From: the human T2T-CHM13v2.0 reference genome, Homo sapiens
Assembly: GCF_009914755.1 (NCBI RefSeq)
Contig: NC_060929.1
DNA: 64,000 bases
Direction: 5' to 3' (one strand)
Shown piece by piece: positions 56,290 through 64,000 of this stretch (position 1 is its first letter; each line of letters begins with the position of its first letter). The notes beneath the pieces are model-generated. The model ran no database searches. It was not told the DNA's origin and was given only the letters and a program-made list of their open reading frames with translations. Made by a program: the position numbers and the translations under genes.

Positions 56290-56735
56290 AAAGAACCTTG
56301 ATTCAAATCCTAGCTCTGTCACTTGCTAGCCATGTAGACTTGAGAAAGTTATTTCGTGTCTTTAAGTTGGTTTGCTCCTAAGTAAAATGGTGATACTAAT
56401 AGAAACTATCACACAGGAGTGTTGTAGAAATTAGATGACAAAATATATGCAAAGCAGTATAATGTCTGGCTTGTAGTAACAGCTCAATAAATGTCCGTTG
56501 GCATGATTATCATTATCATCGTCATCATCATTTTCCTTCTCTGTCTTGCCTTACGTCTCTAATGCGGTGGTTAAAAGCATGAGTTTTGAAGTGAGAAGGA
56601 CAAGTATTCTAATCCCACCCAGACCATTCATTCGGTGTGTGATTAACTCTTCTTCATCACCAAATAGAGATATGAATAACAATACTTACTCATAGGGCTT
56701 GGAAAAGTATTAAATAAGATCATCGATGTAAGACT
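56290..56735 (+). mobile_element. two tandem MIRs; the second continues at about 57490-57550
   Basis: 'ttcaaatcctagctctgtcacttgctagcc' and 'gtggttaaaagcatgagttttg...tacttactcataggg'. Confidence 0.65.
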
Positions 56736-56739
56736 CTTT

Positions 56740-57488
56740 TTTCTTTTTTTCTCCCCAGTTTTATTGGGTACAATTGACACAAAAATTGTACATATTTAGA
56801 GTGTACAATGTGATCCTTTAGTAAACATATACGTTGTAGAATGACTATATCAAGCTCATTAACAAATCAATTACCTCACATCCTTATCATTTTCTGTGAT
56901 GAGAACATTTACAATCTGCTCTTAGTGACTGTCAAGTATACAAAAACTTAACTATAGTGACCTTGTTGTACAATAGATCTGCAGAACGTATTCCTCCTGT
57001 CTAACTGAAACTTTCTACCATTTAACCAATCTCTTCCCATTCCCCATCCTGCCCCCAGCCCCTGGTAACCACTATTCTACTCTCTGCTTCTACAAGTTTG
57101 AATTTTTTTAGATTCCACATACAAGTGAGATCGTGTAGTATTTGTCTTTCTGTGCCTGGCTCATTTCACTAAGCATAATTTCCTCTGGGTTAATCCATAT
57201 TGTTGCAAATGACAGGATTTTCTTCTGTTTATAGACTGAAGAGTATTCCATTGTGTATATATGACATTTTCTTTATCCATTCACCTGTCGATGCACACTT
57301 GGGTTGATTACATATCTTGGCTACTTTGAATAATGGTGCATTAAACATAGAATTGCAGATGTCTCTTCAACATACTGATTTCATTTCTTCTGAATAAACA
57401 CCCAGAAATGGGATTTCTAGGTCATATGGTAATTCTATATTTAATTGTTTGAGAGACCTCCATGCTGGTTTTCATAACAGCTGTACTG
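56740..57488 (-). mobile_element. L1MA (MA8/9-like) 3' end
   Basis: Poly(T), then 'ccccagttttattgggtacaattgac' and 'cccagcccctggtaaccactattctactctctgcttct'. Confidence 0.87.
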
Positions 57489-58705
57489 TTAGAATGGCTC
57501 TTAGAATGGGTCTCGACCACATGGTTCACACTAAATATATGTTATTACTATTATCCTTATCACCACTATTTCCAACAACACCCCAACTTAAGTGCCAATA
57601 CACCAGTGACATGTATAAAATGTGGGAATGGGACAATGTAAAAGGCATCACTCCTATTTTCCTCTGTTCCTAATGACTTGGGGAGATCTGGGGCTGATGG
57701 GGAGTTCTATTTCTCAGTCCCGATGCTAGCACCAAAACAGTATAGACAGAAGGAGACTTTATACCGTACATTTAGGTTCAATATCTTGAACTCAAATGAA
57801 AGAACCCCACATAATAATTGGGATAGCATGAAAGAAAATATCAAAGTTATTGTTGCTGTTTTCTCTAGTATTCTGAATACTAAAAATCAAGGTGGAATAA
57901 CTCTCTTTGAGCAGACCAAAAATAGACACTTTACTGGGTATTACATGCTTTGCTCAATGTTTTGTGTGCATTATCTCATTTATTCCTCACCATAGCTCTA
58001 AGAGTAACACACAATTGTTAGTCCCATGTGTGACTGGAGCTTACAGGGATTAGTGACTTATCTAAGTTTTCCCAGTTGCAGGAAGCAGAGCCAGCATATA
58101 TATTTCCCTCTTAAATACTGTATTCCCTCTTTTTGATATGTTTGTTCAAGTTACATATTATCAATAACATAGTGACAGATTCAGTCAGTCATGCCTCCTG
58201 AAATTCTGTAGTTAGGATTCCAAATATTTGTATATTGGACAGTATCTGAGCAGCCTATTGCTAGTCAAAGCAAGAATTCAGGTGACCAACTGATTGGATG
58301 TTTCTCTTTTCATTTACATGTCTTAGATGCACAAAAATCTTTCAGATTGCCTTGTAGAGGCTGTCAGCTGGTAAACTTATCAGCCACAGAAGTATCAGTG
58401 ATAGAAGTTGAAATTGGTGGATTATATGACTGAGGAGATTCTATATTAGATAGGAATTTGGACTCCAATTTTTATTTCCCTTCTAATAGATAAAAGTCTT
58501 TATTGTAGTAAAAGGAAATGGCAAATTTCATGGTCATGAACAAAGTTATATAGTTAGAAAACAAGTGGTCCCTATTTAGGTCCTTTGACCCATCCACAAT
58601 TACTCTCAGGTGATAAGACTTCACTAAACAAGCTTACACTCAAGACAGGAACAGGCAAGCATTTTTTATATTGTGTTCTACGGTGCACAAGTATCTTTTC
58701 TTCAA

Positions 58706-58940
58706 CAGTGTTTCTTGAGTGTTATTGTGTTTTTTGAGAAACACAGGAAATGTGTATTTTATGATAATTTAAAAAACTAAGTAAAAAATATTTTAACAGT
58801 CTTAACTATTTCACTTTGCTGAGCCTTTTACCTTTTAATAGGTATTGCAAATGTCTAAAAAGGGGCTACAGCATGCACCATTTACACAAATTATTTGATC
58901 ACAGAACTTTCCAACAGAGCATACTTTGAGAAAAAACTGG
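58706..58940. mobile_element. MER103C-like hAT element
   Basis: 'cagtgtttctt' ... 'ttatttgatcacagaact...catactttgagaaaaaactg'. Confidence 0.5.
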
Positions 58941-61729
58941 TGCAACTAAAAAGTGCATGGGCTGTGGAGTAAGGCAGACTGAACCTGGCTCCCTCCTCAC
59001 CAGTAAACTACTAAGCCTGAGTCCCTTTTTCCTCATTCACAAAATGACAAGTAATTAACTCAGTCAACCTACCTAAATTAAACAACGTAATAAATGCAAT
59101 TTATCTGGCTTATCATGGTAGTTGCCTATTAAATGTTGGTTTCTTTTTTTTCTGTGCTCACAGTGTTGGGAAAACCAAGCTGATACGTATCACAGAAATG
59201 GTTGAACATCTAACAACCTATAATTTCACATATAGAGAAAGTCTCTGCTGGGTGACAAAATACTTCCAGACTGTAACTAGAGCCAGCTCATTGTATGAGG
59301 TGGCTTTAAATGACTTTCTCCCTATAGCAAATGTCATTTCAACAGTATTTTGCTATTTCGCTGATCTAAGACTAACATTTGATATTCTTCTAAGATCTTA
59401 TTTGTCTGACAGAGCCCTTGACATTAGATTTCTTTTCTAGGCAGAATTTAACAAGTTCATCTCTGCCATTCCACAGAATTATAGACCTTGCATAGGCTTA
59501 GGACTCCCAGGAGCCATATTTGTAATACAGACATATGTGCCTTTTCCCCCTATGTATCTCCTTTAGATGCAATTGATTAAATCATACTTAAACTTGTTAA
59601 AAATTACACTTTGCTCCTCATTTAAATGGCTCTCTATGCACTGTTTCATCTTTTTCATTTCCACCTTATAATTTCAGAGAATTTTTGGAGATTATGTCCT
59701 TAGACTCCCACAAAATAGATATTTTTATCACTATTATACTGTAGCCCAGCGAGTTTAAGTGATTTTCTTAGAATCACACAGCTAATTAAGAACACAGTGA
59801 GACTTGAGCCCACTTCTTCCTGGCCTAGTCCATTTCCCAGCAGTCAGAATTCAATTCAATTCAATATTTATTTACTATATTATATATTAGGCACATAACA
59901 GTAGGTTTTATTGCTCTCACCAAGATAAGGAGTATTTTTTATTATTATTATATTTCAAAAGGCAAGTTTCCTGAAGTCATTTGCAAAGTCCTATACTCAC
60001 AATTGCTTACTTTCAAGGAAAATGAGTCCTCTAGGGCATGAGAAGAAGTGGGATGGAAGGAACAATGAGGCACGTGTATAATTTCATAGCTGCCTATGTT
60101 CTGCAGATCCCGTTTTGGCTCCAACTTTCAGAGAAAAGAAGATCTTGCTCTAAAGATGAGCCAATCATCCTCATCCATTCATCATGTCCATATCCAAGTG
60201 TTTTAAGTCATTTATTCTAGAACAATAGTTTATTTCTCTTTTTCACTTCTTCCTTTAGTTCTGACATGTCACATACTAGAATCAAAGAATGGGCAAAGTA
60301 ATGTTCACATCCATATGTCTGTATGGTATTTAAAGGTTGATATTTAAATGATTTGACATTTCCATTACAACCAATTCCTCTGAAACCAATTTTAGGGGAT
60401 AAAATGGCAGAGCAGCCCCTTGCCTTACATCTAATCAAGGTTAGTTAGAAGTGCAATGAAAAAAATACTACAAAGTTTGTGTTGGACTTGTTTCCACGGT
60501 GTACATCTCATTGACCAAAACAAAGCTCTTTAAAAATGAAGACAGTAAAAAAGACCTGTGGTTCTCTCCATTACTCTGTTAAGGGAGGCTGAGGGATGGC
60601 TTCACAAAAAGAAATGGGTTTGAAAATTGCTGATGCATGCTTTATCACTGCAATTTCCACAAGGTTATAAAAGTCATGGTTGGATAAAATCTTGAAAGTG
60701 CCAAAGCAATGATCTAAGAAATGAATGCAGATAAGCCTTCTCCATTTTAAATTACGAGCAGTAGAACTAGAATAGAAATGATATCACTGCTGAAGAATCT
60801 AAAATTAAGTATGTGATTTTGCTCATTTGTATACAACGGGAAGTAAATCATTTCACGGACTTTGTACAACGAGTTCAAAATGCAGCTGCCAAGAACTCTC
60901 AACCTTGCACTACTGGGTAAAAGTCTGTATTTCTCCATGATCTTGCAAAATGTTCTAAGGCACTCTTTTATTTATTTCCTATGTGGAGGGAAAGCTGGAG
61001 TTCGTGTTTTGCATCTTTAAAAGACAAGGGAAGAGAGGAAAAGATACAATGTCCCTCCCTCGGAGTCCATAGGGGCCAGGATACTTCCATGTAGTTCAAG
61101 GCAGTTAACTTAGTCCTGGCCCCTTAGAGGCTGTAATGAAATATTGGTTTTAAGGCCCATGTGAAAATAAGGACATAGTATTTTTTCAAGGCCTAATAAA
61201 GTGACTCAAAGAGTGAATAAAAGAAAATTTGTTATACTTTGTATGTCTTTTTCAGGTCCTTTTGGTGTATATTTCATAAGGGTGTAGGTGCATGGAGGGG
61301 TCCTGAGCACATTCACAGGAAGTCTAAATTAAACAGAAGAAAGTAGAAGTTACAAGAACTTTGTTGTGGAAGAGAGAATTTTAAAAATTTTAAGTTTTTA
61401 ATTTTTAAAAAATTATTAAATAAGCAAGTATTATCTACATACTAGAAAACTGATAAAACAAAGAGAAGTTTAAAAATTTTAAATCAACTAGAATCCCGTC
61501 TTGTAAAAGAACGTTTTCTATGCATAGTTTTTACTTACCAAAAGGGCATACATATGATTTTGTAAACTGCATGTTTCACTCAATAATATATTTTGATCCT
61601 AGGGGAATAGAGAGGCATAAATGTGGAAACACAAAGGACCCCAAGTACCTTGTGGGAGAAGAAATGAAGAAAGGGAACCAAAAAATATGGGCTGTATAGA
61701 CTAGTAGGTGATAAAATGGAAAAACAAAG

Positions 61730-62865
61730 AACATACTGATTTCCTTTCCTTTAGATATATGCCCAGTAATGGGATTGCTGGTTATATGGTAGTTCTATTT
61801 TTGATATTTTCGGGAACCTCCACGATGTCTTCCATAACTATACTAGTTTACAATCCCACTAAACAGTATGTAAGTTTCCCCTTTTATCCACATCCTCAGC
61901 AACACTTGTTTTCTTCTGTCTTTTTGATAGTAGCCATTCCAACAGGAACTAGGTAGTATCTTGTGGTTCTGACTTACATTTCCCTGATGATTAGTGATAT
62001 TGAGCATCTTTTTCCATATTATTTGTCATTTGTGTTGTCTTGTTTTGAGGAAATTCTATTAAAATCTTTTGCCTGTTTTTTTAATTGGGCTATTTGTTTT
62101 TTGTTTTGTTTTGTTTTACTGTTGAGTTGTTTAAGTTCATTATATATTCATTCTAGAGATCAACCCCTAGTTAGATGTATAGTTTGCAAATATTTTCTCC
62201 CATTCTGCAAGTTGTCTCTTAATTCTGTTAATAGTTTTCTTTGCTGTGCAAAACCTTTTTAGTTTGATGTAATCCCATTTGCCTATTTTTTCTTAGTTGT
62301 CTATGTTTTTGAAGTCTTATTTTTAAAATCCTTCCCCAGCCCAATACCACAGAGCATTTCCCCTATGTTTTCTTCCAGGAATTTTATAGTTTCCAGTTTT
62401 ACATGTAAGTTTTTAATACATTTTGATTTGATTTTTGTATATGGTGAGATGTAACCATCTAGTCTCAATTTTCTGCATGTGGATATCCAATTTTCCCAGC
62501 ACCATTTATTAAAAAGACTGTCTTTTCCTCAATGTGTGTTCTTGGCATCTCTATCAAAAATCAGTTGCATATAAGTGAGTGAATTTATTTCTGGGCTCTC
62601 TGTTCTGTTTCATTGTCCACTATGTCCTTATGTCCTTTTTTATGCCAGTACCATACTGTTCTGGTTACTATAGCTTTGCAGTATATTCTAAAGTCAATTC
62701 GTGTAATGCCTCCAGATTTGTTCTTTTTGCCCAGGATTGCTTTGCATACTTGGGGTCCTTTGTGTTTCCACATAAATTTTATGATTTTAAAAAAATCTCT
62801 GTGAAGAATATTCTCTAAATTTTAATAGGGATTGCATTAAATACATAGATTGTTGAGTAGTATGA
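61730..62865 (-). mobile_element. L1M (MA-type) ORF2 fragment lacking its 3' end
   Basis: The antisense ORF 'MWKHKGPQVCKAILGKKNKSGGITRIDFRIYCKAIVTRTVWYWHK' is L1 ORF2p-like. Confidence 0.88.
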
Positions 62866-62990
62866 ATTAAAATTGTAATTCCTAAGTCACACCAGCTGCA
62901 TTTCAAGCACTCAATGGCCACATGTGGCAAGTGGCTATGGCAGATTATAGAAGGTTTCCATCATCACAGAAGGTTCTATTAGACAGCACT
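62865..62990. mobile_element. MER3 fragment
   Basis: 'tttcaagcactcaatggccacatgtggcaagtggcta...ttccatcatcacagaaggttctattagacagcact'. Confidence 0.8.
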
Positions 62991-63724
62991 AGCTTTAAGC
63001 ATTCTGCTACTAAAATATCTATAGTATCAGAAGGTGTCTAGCTGTGTGTTACCTGTCTGCCATCAGTCATGAGACTTTTTAACTCTGGAAATAGTTGGCA
63101 TTTTATTTTTCCTGCTTTCATTCATCCTGGAGAAATGTGAAAGCCCCCTTTCCTGAATGGATAGATTGTACTGTGCTCAGTGGCATCCAAAGACAGAGGA
63201 GTGCTTCAAGCAACCAATCTTTCCTGCACAAAGTTTATTGATATGAGGACATAGTTATGAACTTCAGTGAATGAAGCAAATTTTTGAAGCCCTTGTTAAA
63301 GGAAAGATTTATAAAGGCCATTTTCTGCTCAAAAGCACATACTCAATCAGCAGAAAGCCTCACTGCATAACTCAGAATACCTGACAGCATCACCACAAAT
63401 CATCTTGACCAATCAGGTAAGAGAGCCAAATAGCAACCTGACTTGTAAGAATCCAAATTGCTGAATGCTGGTCTTCCAAGGAGTAGAAAGGCAATCAGAT
63501 AAGAAAACCTAAGACAGCCGAAACAAGGAGCCTTCATCAGAGAATAAAATACAACCAGGCTAACTGCCATGGTGAACAATCTGCAGTGTTTATATAACAC
63601 GTGGGGTATGAGGAGTAAACACACCAAAAATGGAGAATTTATTACCAGCTATTAACTGGTTTCCATTTTGAGTTATATATGTAGCAGAGAATCACCAGCT
63701 TCAGTACCTGAACAACTGACTTTG

Positions 63725-63910
63725 GTCACTTTCCCCAAATGTGTGCAACACGCCATTTACGTCAGACACAACCAGGGATTTAAAAACAAAATCAAGCTTT
63801 TGGCCCCATCCAGACCTATTACATCAGAATCTGGGAGTGGAGCCCAAGAATCTGTATTCTATAAGCACTGCAGGTGATTCTTATGCACATTGAAATTTGA
63901 GAACTGTTGG
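63725..63910. mobile_element. MER5A/B element
   Basis: 'ggccccatccagacctattacatcagaatctggg...caggtgattcttatgcacattgaaatttgagaac'. Confidence 0.8.
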
Positions 63911-64000
63911 ACCAGGAGAATAATTTGTCTCCTCCTACACTATCTCACCCTGTTTTTTTCCTTCTCTACCTCTTTCTCCTCCTCCTCTTTTTGTATTATA

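Noticed and set aside
55926-56381. 151-aa ORF
   Set aside because: It has a non-ATG start, no recognisable domain, and its 3' part runs into a MIR.

Overview
This is human/primate-type, AT-rich, repeat-dense genomic DNA, most likely a large intron or intergenic region. I recognise no host protein-coding gene, and the long ORFs in the track are L1, Alu, MER1 or simple-repeat translations. The window contains a near-full-length dead L1PA7-like element (36566-42603), a 5'-truncated L1PA2-like insertion, old L1M fragments, seven Alus plus a FLAM, an LTR15-like solo LTR, many MaLR LTRs, hAT DNA transposons, many L2/MIR relics, microsatellites and a 33-nt U2 snRNA retrocopy. The most notable observations are: two locally templated duplications (83 bp direct across an L2/L1 junction, and 27 bp exact inverted); a candidate 18-nt minus-strand microexon with strong splice signals; two DUX4 consensus sites in a MaLR cluster; a poly(A)-only insertion with a TSD; and several motif-dense candidate enhancers. 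I found no evidence for a wholly new biological system. Repeat subfamily calls come from recalled consensus sequences, and boundaries of old repeats are approximate.
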